From contig JBGSUI010000070.1 of assembly GCA_041736175.1 (NCBI GenBank), positions 1-58,644 on the forward strand: a DNA stretch of 58,644 nucleotides. The letters run 5' to 3'. A model generated the notes under the pieces. It had not been told where the DNA came from, searched no databases, and saw only the letters and a program-made list of their open reading frames with translations. Below are positions 1-8,205 of the stretch, in pieces. How positions within the stretch are numbered: position 1 is the stretch's first letter; each line of letters opens with the position of its first letter. This DNA comes from Oligoflexales bacterium (GTDB lineage Bacteria; Bdellovibrionota_B; Oligoflexia; Oligoflexales; CAIYRB01). Made by a program: the position numbers and the translations under genes.

Positions 1-109
1 TGGTGGCGAGCGTCACAAAGAAATCACGCAGCGTGACTGGATAAAGAACGCAGGAGTCGAGGACTACCACGCGCAGCGTCGTATGAGCTTGATCCGCCTT
101 GGGGCTCAT
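1..109 (-). CDS. PIN-domain toxin (N-terminus; runs off the window edge)
   Basis: Manual translation MSPKADQAHTTLRVVVLDSCVLYPVTLRDFFVTLAT matches the PIN N-terminal 'VVLDxCVLYPxxLRD' motif; ATG overlaps the TGA of the upstream HTH gene (ATGA). Confidence 0.8.
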   Translation of the reverse strand, partial: MSPKADQAHTTLRVVVLDSCVLYPVTLRDFFVTLAT

Positions 110-561
110 TCGTCCAAATCCAGTTCCTGAGATAGATCAGCGAGTTTTTGGAGGGCGCGCTCGCTCCGGTAAGAACTCCTTTCTTGATAGGCGAGAAGGT
201 CAGCCATTTTAAGTCTGCGGTAGCGACCTCGGCGCACGAAAGGTATCTTGCCTGCCTCAAGTTCTTTAACGATAAAGGGTCGCGAGACCTGGAGGAAATC
301 AGCTGCCTCCTGGGTGGTCATTTCACTGGTAGAGGCAATCACCAAAACAGCATGGCCTTGCGCGGTTTCCTCGAGGAAGGCCGTGAGCAGCGTCATAGCT
401 CCTGCGGAGAGAGTGATCCTTTCTTCGCCGCTGACGAGCCGCGGTGTGTTCTCGGGTCTTGTGTCTTTGAGGCGAGCCATCAGCCGCCGTAGCTGCGGCA
501 GACTGGCTTTGGCTAGTTCGCGGTCTTCTTCGGTCGGGACATAGGGTGCGTTGGTGTTCAT
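106..561 (-). CDS. Excisionase-family (HTH_17) DNA-binding protein, putative antitoxin of the PIN toxin
   Basis: Motif EMTTQEAADFLQVSRPFIVKELEAGKIPFVRRGRYRR; coupled to a PIN gene. Confidence 0.85.
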   Translation of the reverse strand: MNTNAPYVPTEEDRELAKASLPQLRRLMARLKDTRPENTPRLVSGEERITLSAGAMTLLTAFLEETAQGHAVLVIASTSEMTTQEAADFLQVSRPFIVKELEAGKIPFVRRGRYRRLKMADLLAYQERSSYRSERALQKLADLSQELDLDE

Positions 562-938
562 TTTAAATGGATCCTTGCCGCGGGTGAAGGACGGCCATCA
601 AATATATTATACTATTTTGTCGAAATGCTCGCAATACTCGAATTTAACGAAACACCCAGCTCTCTCATCGGCATATGAGTAAAAAAGCTTGAACCACCTG
701 CTTATATTTATATAAGTGTCTATTTTATTTGGGATAAATTTGTTAAGAGCAAGAATTCGCACCAGGGAGTCGGTTAGGGAGGATTGCGGCAAACGGCTAT
801 TTTATCATGAAAGGTCTTTTTTGTAGTTGCCTTTTGACACTGCTTTTAAAAAGTGGAGTTCGACGACTTCAACCAACCTTGTAACTAGCTGAAATATATA
901 ATTTATAACTTTGTTTTAAATTATTTGCAAATCAATCC

Positions 939-965
939 TCAAGCCAAATCTTAAAAGACCGATGT
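939..965 (+). promoter_or_regulatory. Putative sigma28 (FliA) promoter of the DGR target gene
   Basis: TCAAG-N14-ACCGATGT versus consensus TCAAG/TAAAG-N14-GCCGATAA; GAGGAGG SD just before ATG 1005. Confidence 0.6.
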
Positions 966-1004
966 TGCTTTTAAGTTTAGAAACTGCTTTGAGGAGGTGA
1001 TCCG

Positions 1005-4000
1005 ATGAACATAGATTTCAAATACCATAGAAAAGGTCTCAAAACCAAGTCGTCAGGCATGGTCACGCTCACGAGCCTCCTTACGTTCATCCTGTTTAGT
1101 TGCAAAAGCAGTCTCGAAGTGGAAGTTAAAAAAGGTGCTGATCTACCTTCTGCCAGTGCTCAACTCAGCACGAGCACGAAATCGGGCTCCGAAACCGCTA
1201 AAGATCCCATGGCAACCCCAATCCCCCCAGAAAAACCTCCAGAAGCGGTAAAAACCCCTGAGCTTAAACCCGAGTTTACCGGCCTTGACCGTCTGGCAGC
1301 CCGCGCGGGCGACACGGTCAAAATATCGGGGAAAAACTTAGACACCCAAAAGGATCTAGAAATCAGCATCGGCGCGGTCCGCATCCCCTTGTCTATCAAC
1401 CCTGATGGGACTGCAGAATTCAAGATGCCCGAAGGAATCAGCCCTGGAATGGGAGATATCAAACTTGTTTCGAAAACTCTCGGGGATTTAGGCCAGGCAA
1501 CGATGCTCGCAGATCCAGGGGATTTTCCCATCAGTACCATGGCAGTGGATGAAGTGTGCAAAGACAAAAAATACCGTAATGCCAAGGGTGAGATCACTGT
1601 CGGCACCAAAGACTGTGGGTCGCTACCCCTCTGCTCCGCAAACGGACAAGTAGGCTGCGCCACCTCGTCAACTTTTATGTCGGTCTCCACCACAGAGCTG
1701 GTCCCCGCGGTCGTTAAATCAGGCACCATAGTGGGCGGCGTGACAGGCACCTACCCGTCAGCGACCAACCCCCTCACGGGAGCTGACGCCACAGCCGATC
1801 TGGACGCCGCGACTTTTGCAACCAAGATTAAGAGTGCAGGGACCTTTGAATTTTTCGGTCCCGACGGGACCCGCTACATGTTTTCAGGGGACCCTGATCT
1901 CGCAGGGACCAATATCCTCTCAGGCATAGAAATCTTTGGTACGACCGGCACCATAACGGCTGCCCCAGCCATCTGTACGACGAACAACGTTTCAGGCTGC
2001 GTCACCACAGCCACCTACAGGTCCGCCGACTGGACTAACCTCACCGCAGCCAACATTAAAAACGGCGTCTCCATAGCTGGGCTTACGGGGACCTACCCAT
2101 CCACAGGAAACCGCCTGGTCAATAACACCTCCACCACCGACCTGGCCTCTTTTGGACCAGCGACTCCTGTGGGCACCTACGAGTTTTTCGATAGCGCCGG
2201 ATCTGTTTATGGGGCCACCGTGGCCGATGGTGGCACCGTGACCCCGACCACAAGCAACCAAACCATCAGCACCGCAGGCACCCTCTACCGCAGCGTGATC
2301 GTCCAAGGGGATGCTAACCTTACCACCGCTAATATCAAAGACACGGTCCCCCTCTTTGGAGTGACCGGATCTCTGACCGGGGCCCCGGCCAATTGTAGTA
2401 CTAATGGGCAGCAAAACTGTTTAGCGACAGCCACCTTTTTTGGCGCGACCCAGTGCAGTGCTGATAGCTCTAACTGCTACGTGCCCACCTACGCTGCCAC
2501 CACCCAGCCCCTGAAAGCCATCAGCTACGATGCCATCGATGCAGGAAAATCTTCAATCCATTCCTCCCTCACGCTTTCAGGCATTGCAGGAACCCTCGCA
2601 GATTGCACCACCAACAACACCAGCGGCTGTGTCACCACAGCATCCTATAGATCCGCAGATTGGACCAACCTCACGGCTGCAAATATTAAAAATGGCGCCT
2701 CTGTAGTCGGGCTCACGGGGACCTATCCATCCGCGAGCAACCGGCTTGTAAGCAATACAGCCACCGCTGATCTCACGGCCTTTGGCCCAGCCACTCCTGT
2801 GGGAGCCTATGAGTTTTTTGATAGTGCCGGCGATGTTTATCCCGCGACCGTCGCGGATGGTGGCACCATCACGCCGAGCACGTCGACCCAATCTTTAAAT
2901 ACCGCTGGCACCATGTACCGTGCGGCGACCATCAGCGGCGATGCAGATCTCGTAGCGGGAAATATCCTCAGCGGCGCCAACCTCTTTGGTGTCAACGGAT
3001 CCGTCACGGCTACTCCAGCCAACTGTAGTTCTAATGGTACCCAGAGCTGCGTGGCCACGGGCTCCTATTATGCTGCCACAGCCTGTGCTGCCGATGGGTC
3101 TAACTGCTTCGTGCCTACTTATGCTGTGACGACCCAGCCTCTGAAAGCCATCAGCTACGATGCCATCGACGCGGGCAAATCCTCGATCCGTACCTCCCTC
3201 ACTCTTTCAGGTATCGCAGGGACCCTCGCTGATTGTGCCGCCGGTGGGACCGCTGGCTGCGTCACCACAGCCACCTACAAGTCTTTGGATCTTTCTAACG
3301 TTGGAGCGGCTTCATCGACAGGTGTGACCGCTGCCAATTTCAATACCAAGATCGCCACGTCGGGTAATTTTGAATTTTGGGATGCCAGCGGTGCACGCCA
3401 CCAGGTGGCCGGGGATACGGATTTGACGGCGAGTAATGTCAAATCATCTATTGATATCTTTGGGACCGTGGGGAACGTGACGCCATCTCCTGCTAACTGT
3501 GGCTCTAACGGTACCCAGAGCTGCGTGGCCACGGGCTCCTATTATGCCGCCACGGCCTGCGCTGCTGATGGGTCTAACTGTTTTGTGCCTACTTATGCTG
3601 CTTCCACACAGCCCCTCAAAGCCATCAGCTACGATGCTATTGATGCGGGAAAATCTTCCATCCGCTCCTCGTTGACTTTGTCAGGAATCGCGGGGACCCT
3701 TGCCGACTGCTCCACCAACAACGCAGCAGGATGTGTGACCACCGCCCCTTATAACTCAGCCGATTGGACCAACCTTACAGCTGCCAATATCAAAAATGGC
3801 GCCTCTGTAGCCGGTCTCACCGGGACCTATCCATCCTCAGGAAATCTCCTCACCGGCGCCAATGCTACAGCTGACCTAGACACCGGGACGTTTAACGCCA
3901 AGATCAAAAGCGCCACGGCCTTTGAATACTTTGGTCCTGATGGGACTCGCTACACCGGTGCTGGTGATGTGGATATAACGGCTGGAAATATCTTAGGCGC

Positions 4001-6302
4001 CGTGGATATTTTTGGCACCACCGGATCCGTCACGGCATCCCCAGCCAACTGTAGTTCTAACGGTACCCAGAGCTGCGTGGCCACAGGCTCCTATTATGCT
4101 GCCACAGCCTGTGCTGCTGATGGCTCTAACTGCTTCGTGCCTACTTATGCTGCAACTACCCAGCCGCTCAAGGCCATCAGCTACGATGCCATCGACGCTG
4201 GGAAATCCTCGATCCGCACATCTCTCACTCTTTCAGGAATAGCCGGGACCCTCGCTGATTGTGCCGCCGGTGGGACCGCTGGCTGCGTCACCACAGCCAC
4301 CTACAAGTCTTTGGATCTTTCTAACGTTGGAGCGGCTTCATCGACAGGTGTGACCGCTGCCAACTTCGATACCAAGATCGCTGCGTCGGGTAACTTTGAA
4401 TTTTGGGATGCCAGCGGTGCCCGCCACCAGGTGGCTGGGGATACGGATTTGACGGCGAGTAACGTGAAATCATCTATCGACATCTTCGGAACTGTGGGGA
4501 GCGTGACGCCATCTCCTGCTAACTGTAGTTCTAATGGGGGGCAGAGCTGCGTGGCCACGGGCTCCTATTATGCCGCCACTGCCTGCGCTGCCGATGGGTC
4601 TAACTGCTTCGTGCCGACCTACGCGGCTACAACCCAGCCCCTCAAAGCCATCAGCTACGATGCAATCGACGCGGGAAAATCTTCCATTCGCTCCTCCCTC
4701 ACCCTTTCTGGAATAGCCGGGACCCTCGCTGATTGTGCCGCCGGTGGGATCACTGGCTGCGTCACAACAGCCACCTACAAGTCTTTGGATCTTTCTAACG
4801 TTGGAGCGGCTTCATCGACAGGTGTAACCTCTGCCAACTTCGATACCAAGATTGCTGCGTCGGGTAACTTTGAATTTTGGGATGCCAGCGGTGCCCGCCA
4901 CCAAGTAGCAGGTGATACGGATTTGACGGCGAGTAATGTCAAGTCAGCCATCGACATCTTCGGAACTGTGGGCAGCGTGACTCCATCGCCAGCCAACTGT
5001 GCATCTAATGGAGGGCAGAGCTGTGTGGCCAAAGGTTCCTACTATGCCGCCACAGCCTGCACTGCTGATGGGTCTAACTGCTTCGTGCCTACTTACGCTG
5101 CCACAACCCAGCCTCTCAAGGCCATCAGCTACGATGCCATCGACGCTGGAAAATCTTCCATCCGGTCCTCCCTCACCCTTTCTGGCATCACAGGGACCCT
5201 CGCTGATTGTACCACCAACAACACCAGCGGCTGTGTCACCACAGCATCCTATAAATCAGCAGATTGGACTAACCTTACAGCAGCAAACATTAAAAACGGC
5301 GCCTCTGTAGCCGGGCTCACGGGGACCTACCCGTCTTCAGGCAATGTATTAACAGGAGCTAACGCCACCGCAGACCTAGACCTAGCGACTTTTGATGCCA
5401 AAATAAAAAGTGCCACAGCCTTTGAATTCTTCGGTCCCGACGGGACGCGCTATAGCAATAGCGGTGACGCCGACATCACGGCAGCCAATATAGCCAGCGG
5501 CGTCACCATCTTTGGGACGACGGGGACAGCAACGACCCTCACCCAATGCACCTCAGGTGTCCAAGCCACCTGCGAATCAGATACAGCCTGCCGCTGGAAT
5601 ACGGGAGCCTGCGAGATCAATCCCTGGCATATCCGCGCGGGGATCACGGTAGCCTCAAAGGCAGGGTCATTGAAAGCCAACTGCCGCAACACCGTCAACA
5701 ATACTTATTACAACTGGGATGGTTCTGTCGCCTCGCTTATCAATTCCGGATCGACTGCAGGGACTGCCTATGATTTCTGGGACACCATCGATGATTACTA
5801 TGGCTACGGCCCTAACAAAGTAACCGCCTGGTCCAGCAATACCCAATGCGACAGCAGCAACTGGACCGACGTCACCACTACCAACGGTGGGTCAAGTTTC
5901 ACCACCTGTGGGACTTCCAGCACCTGTATTTACCGGGACGAACTCAGTGGCCTTAGGGTCAAGGGGATTCTCTCTTCCGGTAACAACACCACCAACACCG
6001 CCTCGCCAGCAACTTACACCTGGAGTGCTGCGATCAATGCTTGCAACGGCTCCACCTACGGTGGTTATGGTGCTGGAACTTGGCGACTTCCGACACAAAA
6101 AGAGTTGATGTCTTTGTACGAGCATGGTATTGTTTCAAGAGTGGCGGCAGGGTTTCATACACTTGGTAATTTGCAAGATTATTATTGGTCGTCGTCGGGC
6201 CGCTCGATCAGTACGGGCAATGGGTGGGCCGTGTACCTGTCTTACGGGACCACCTACAACCACCCCAAGACTAATGGCTACTGGGTCCTCTGCGTCTTTT
6301 AG
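1005..6302 (+). CDS. DGR target: large lipoprotein with IPT/TIG-like domain, Cys-rich modular repeats and C-terminal DUF1566 (CLec-like) domain
   Basis: Lipobox LFSC; 'PEFTGLDRLAARAGDTVKISGKNL' IPT-like; C-terminal 'WSAAINAC...WRLPTQKELMSL...YYWSSS...VLCVF' DUF1566 signature; VR at the 3' end. Confidence 0.9.
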   Translation: MNIDFKYHRKGLKTKSSGMVTLTSLLTFILFSCKSSLEVEVKKGADLPSASAQLSTSTKSGSETAKDPMATPIPPEKPPEAVKTPELKPEFTGLDRLAARAGDTVKISGKNLDTQKDLEISIGAVRIPLSINPDGTAEFKMPEGISPGMGDIKLVSKTLGDLGQATMLADPGDFPISTMAVDEVCKDKKYRNAKGEITVGTKDCGSLPLCSANGQVGCATSSTFMSVSTTELVPAVVKSGTIVGGVTGTYPSATNPLTGADATADLDAATFATKIKSAGTFEFFGPDGTRYMFSGDPDLAGTNILSGIEIFGTTGTITAAPAICTTNNVSGCVTTATYRSADWTNLTAANIKNGVSIAGLTGTYPSTGNRLVNNTSTTDLASFGPATPVGTYEFFDSAGSVYGATVADGGTVTPTTSNQTISTAGTLYRSVIVQGDANLTTANIKDTVPLFGVTGSLTGAPANCSTNGQQNCLATATFFGATQCSADSSNCYVPTYAATTQPLKAISYDAIDAGKSSIHSSLTLSGIAGTLADCTTNNTSGCVTTASYRSADWTNLTAANIKNGASVVGLTGTYPSASNRLVSNTATADLTAFGPATPVGAYEFFDSAGDVYPATVADGGTITPSTSTQSLNTAGTMYRAATISGDADLVAGNILSGANLFGVNGSVTATPANCSSNGTQSCVATGSYYAATACAADGSNCFVPTYAVTTQPLKAISYDAIDAGKSSIRTSLTLSGIAGTLADCAAGGTAGCVTTATYKSLDLSNVGAASSTGVTAANFNTKIATSGNFEFWDASGARHQVAGDTDLTASNVKSSIDIFGTVGNVTPSPANCGSNGTQSCVATGSYYAATACAADGSNCFVPTYAASTQPLKAISYDAIDAGKSSIRSSLTLSGIAGTLADCSTNNAAGCVTTAPYNSADWTNLTAANIKNGASVAGLTGTYPSSGNLLTGANATADLDTGTFNAKIKSATAFEYFGPDGTRYTGAGDVDITAGNILGAVDIFGTTGSVTASPANCSSNGTQSCVATGSYYAATACAADGSNCFVPTYAATTQPLKAISYDAIDAGKSSIRTSLTLSGIAGTLADCAAGGTAGCVTTATYKSLDLSNVGAASSTGVTAANFDTKIAASGNFEFWDASGARHQVAGDTDLTASNVKSSIDIFGTVGSVTPSPANCSSNGGQSCVATGSYYAATACAADGSNCFVPTYAATTQPLKAISYDAIDAGKSSIRSSLTLSGIAGTLADCAAGGITGCVTTATYKSLDLSNVGAASSTGVTSANFDTKIAASGNFEFWDASGARHQVAGDTDLTASNVKSAIDIFGTVGSVTPSPANCASNGGQSCVAKGSYYAATACTADGSNCFVPTYAATTQPLKAISYDAIDAGKSSIRSSLTLSGITGTLADCTTNNTSGCVTTASYKSADWTNLTAANIKNGASVAGLTGTYPSSGNVLTGANATADLDLATFDAKIKSATAFEFFGPDGTRYSNSGDADITAANIASGVTIFGTTGTATTLTQCTSGVQATCESDTACRWNTGACEINPWHIRAGITVASKAGSLKANCRNTVNNTYYNWDGSVASLINSGSTAGTAYDFWDTIDDYYGYGPNKVTAWSSNTQCDSSNWTDVTTTNGGSSFTTCGTSSTCIYRDELSGLRVKGILSSGNNTTNTASPATYTWSAAINACNGSTYGGYGAGTWRLPTQKELMSLYEHGIVSRVAAGFHTLGNLQDYYWSSSGRSISTGNGWAVYLSYGTTYNHPKTNGYWVLCVF
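1630..5530 (+). repeat. Intragenic mosaic repeat array (four module types)
   Basis: 6x QPLKAISYDAIDAGKSSI module, 3x KSLDLSNVGAASSTG module, 3x E(F/Y)FGPDGTRY module, 2x FGPATPVGxYEFFDSAG module; boundaries approximate. Confidence 0.9.
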
Positions 6303-6319
6303 CCTGTAGTTAGGGTCTG
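6188..6319 (+). repeat. DGR variable repeat (VR), including the 3' IMH-like segment
   Basis: 132-bp ungapped alignment to the reverse complement of 6586-6717; covers the last 37 sense codons, the stop and 17 nt downstream. Confidence 0.95.
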
Positions 6320-6357
6320 TCGCCGCCTGCGACGGGTCCGGCGGTCTGGCGCGCGGC
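6316..6357 (+). promoter_or_regulatory. GC-rich stem-loop region after VR (candidate DGR homing hairpin)
   Basis: GTCGC-CGCCT-GCGAC and CCGCC...GGCGG inverted repeats directly 3' of VR and absent after TR. Confidence 0.5.
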
Positions 6358-6407
6358 AATCTTTGCGATTCCTTTTCTTAAATTTCCTGCCGCTGCGGAG
6401 TCCTCCT

Positions 6408-6599
6408 GTGCTTGCTAAAATTCGTTTGGTTGATCCGGTGCTTTATCATAAACTCATGCAATCCTATAAACATTTTATATCAAACAAGAGTAAGTTTAAA
6501 AAAACGGATTTTCATCTTGAGCACGAGAAAATCATTTATCAGCTTGCTCTTGATATTCAGAATAGACGATATGCACCTGGTTTGGCAGACCCTAACTAG
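6408..6599 (+). pseudogene. Truncated DGR-type reverse transcriptase (N-terminal 63 aa only)
   Basis: GTG start with GGAG SD 7 nt upstream; 'LMQSYKHFISNKSKFKKTDFHLEHEKIIYQLALDIQNRRYAPG' follows the RT domain-0 pattern L..AY...K.K..F...E..L..L...I....Y.PG; the frame then enters the inverted TR and stops; no YxDD core. Confidence 0.7.
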
Positions 6600-6717
6600 A
6601 GGCTAAAAGACGCAGAGGGCGTAGTTGCTATTAGTCTTGGTGTTGTTGTTGGTGTTCCCGTTAGACAGGTTCACGTTCCACCCATTGCCCGTACTGTTCG
6701 AGTTGCCCGACGACGAC
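6586..6717 (-). repeat. DGR template repeat (TR)
   Basis: Reads TCG TCG TCG GGC AAC TCG AAC AGT ACG GGC AAT GGG TGG AAC GTG AAC CTG TCT AAC GGG AAC ACC AAC AAC AAC ACC AAG ACT AAT AGC AAC TAC GCC CTC TGC GTC TTT TAG; 10 AAC codons, 9 altered in VR. Confidence 0.95.
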
Positions 6718-6894
6718 GCTCCTATGGCCGACTCAATCTGGGTTACCCGCTGACACTTAGCTCCCTAAGACAACGGCACCCCCGCTGCCCCTCGCTTAAA
6801 TAGAAAATCTCCGCGAGAGCGACCATCGCAATCATAGTTCACTGCCTAAATTTCCGTAAAAACCTAGGGACTGGAAACACAGACCAGAAGGTTA

Positions 6895-7311
6895 TTACAT
6901 AGGATGCTGACTGTAGCTAGGTTTTTGTCGAGCAGCGGCCTTGATTTTGTCCTCGTGCCACCGGTCCCAGGCGGCTAGCTGGTGCTGCACGTCTTCGAGC
7001 ATTTGACTGATCTCGCTGAGTTGGCCTTTAGCGAGGCATTTTAGATCAAAAGCCAACCGCATCGTGAGCCTCAAGGCAGGGATCTGCATCGCGATTTTTT
7101 TGATGTATTCTTGGCGTCTCTGGAGATCTTTGCAATGATTGGCCGAGAGGATATCCTCAAGAATATCGTGACAAGTCCACGACAGGCGTTCTTGAAACGT
7201 CAGCCGCAATGGTTTAGGGCATGCACCCACGAGCAGGTAGGAGCGCAGCGTTAGCTGGTAGGCGGTCTGAACAATAGGGATTTGCTGATGTTCGGGGTTT
7301 CTAAGCACCAT
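6895..7311 (-). CDS. avd: DGR accessory variability determinant (Avd-like four-helix bundle)
   Basis: 'IPIVQTAYQL...PKPLRLTFQERL...DILEDILSAN...LRLTMRLAFDLKCL...I.QML.DV..QLAAW' Avd/four-helix-bundle pattern; lies directly upstream of TR on the same strand. Confidence 0.85.
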   Translation of the reverse strand: MVLRNPEHQQIPIVQTAYQLTLRSYLLVGACPKPLRLTFQERLSWTCHDILEDILSANHCKDLQRRQEYIKKIAMQIPALRLTMRLAFDLKCLAKGQLSEISQMLEDVQHQLAAWDRWHEDKIKAAARQKPSYSQHPM

Positions 7312-7415
7312 GCCTGCGGGGTCTCCTTACATTGGTTGGATCGGACTAACATTTGATGTACGGTTTGTAAACGGAATGATCGTATTTCCCATCATTTTCA
7401 ATTTAATATCACGAC

Positions 7416-7508
7416 GACTCGGGTGTTTCGTCCCAGGGCGAACCAATCGAGGTGACTGGGGCCGACGGAACGGTTAAGGACAAAGTTTTTATGATGGTGT
7501 TTTAGAAT
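7416..7508 (+). repeat. Direct repeat, copy 1 (~94 bp)
   Basis: 41-bp core CGAACCAATCGAGGTGACTGGGGCCGACGGAACGGTTAAGG (7439-7479) identical to 8712-8752, with similar flanks. Confidence 0.9.
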
Positions 7509-7861
7509 CCAGATAATAAGTCGAATCTCTTTTTGGCTTCTGGCCTAAGGACTTTTGCGAAATACTTGCCAGTGTTGGGCCCAAAGGCAATTTTGCTTTT
7601 GATGGATGCGGCAGTGGCTAAGGTTAAGGACTCGTGTTCGGCCCAGAGTGGGTCCATCGTCGGATTTTGCACGATTTCACCCTCTTCGTTCAGCAAAGAC
7701 TTCTTTTTAAGGTACGCCATGACCTTGTTGCTGATTTGAGTGATGAGTATGGCCACTTCTTGGTCGCTGATGGCAGCGGTATTGTGAAAGCGCATGAGAC
7801 CAGCGACATCAGAGAAGACTCCATCAAGTGCTAAACAATGGATGTGTTGATATAAATTGAG
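7502..7861 (-). pseudogene. ISCR/IS91-family rolling-circle transposase internal fragment
   Basis: Extended frame LNLYQHIHCLALDGVF (HUH motif) ... AASIKSKIAFGPNTG; both ends missing. Confidence 0.75.
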
Positions 7862-7908
7862 TCATATCATTGATGTAAAAAAGGAGCGCAGCTACTATCG
7901 TGCAGCAG

Positions 7909-8205
7909 CTAGCCGTTTGACACTTTTCTGTTCTTAATGTGTTTTGTCAGAAGGCTTACAATATAGGTTTGATATCGTAGACCTTCTTCGTCTGCGATTT
8001 CCCTCAGCTCGATAAGAAGACCTTCTGGTAACCTAATGGAGATTAGCTTCGAAGGTTCCTTAAAGAATTTACCTTTGCCGACATGACTCTTATTTTTTCC
8101 AAGCTTCTTTTTTTCCCAAAGGGCTTGTTCCTCATCATCTGTCGCTTTTTTTGCAAACGCTTCTTTTTCCTTGGCTGTCATTTTTTTCATTGGTTTTCGT
8201 TCCAT
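7909..8205 (-). CDS. CopG/BrnA-like ribbon-helix-helix antitoxin
   Basis: 'SKLISIRLPEGLLIELREIADEEGLRYQTYIVSLL'; overlaps the upstream small gene; true start may be 8190. Confidence 0.8.
   Translation of the reverse strand: MERKPMKKMTAKEKEAFAKKATDDEEQALWEKKKLGKNKSHVGKGKFFKEPSKLISIRLPEGLLIELREIADEEGLRYQTYIVSLLTKHIKNRKVSNG

Noticed and set aside
1630..5530. Long repeats as a CRISPR array or extra DGR VRs
   Set aside because: In-frame coding modules with mainly synonymous differences; no repeat-spacer pattern and no evident A-specific bias.
1160..6125. Antisense and alternate-frame ORFs inside the target gene (e.g. repeated MATQL... ORFs)
   Set aside because: Shadows of the repetitive sense gene; the same applies to most short ORFs overlapping housekeeping genes.
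6363..6407. TTG start for the RT stub given by the ORF track
   Set aside because: GTG 6408 has a well-spaced GGAG SD; the upstream residues look non-coding.
6895..7311. 23S rRNA intervening-sequence protein
   Set aside because: Same fold family, but there is no rRNA here and it sits next to a TR, so Avd fits better.
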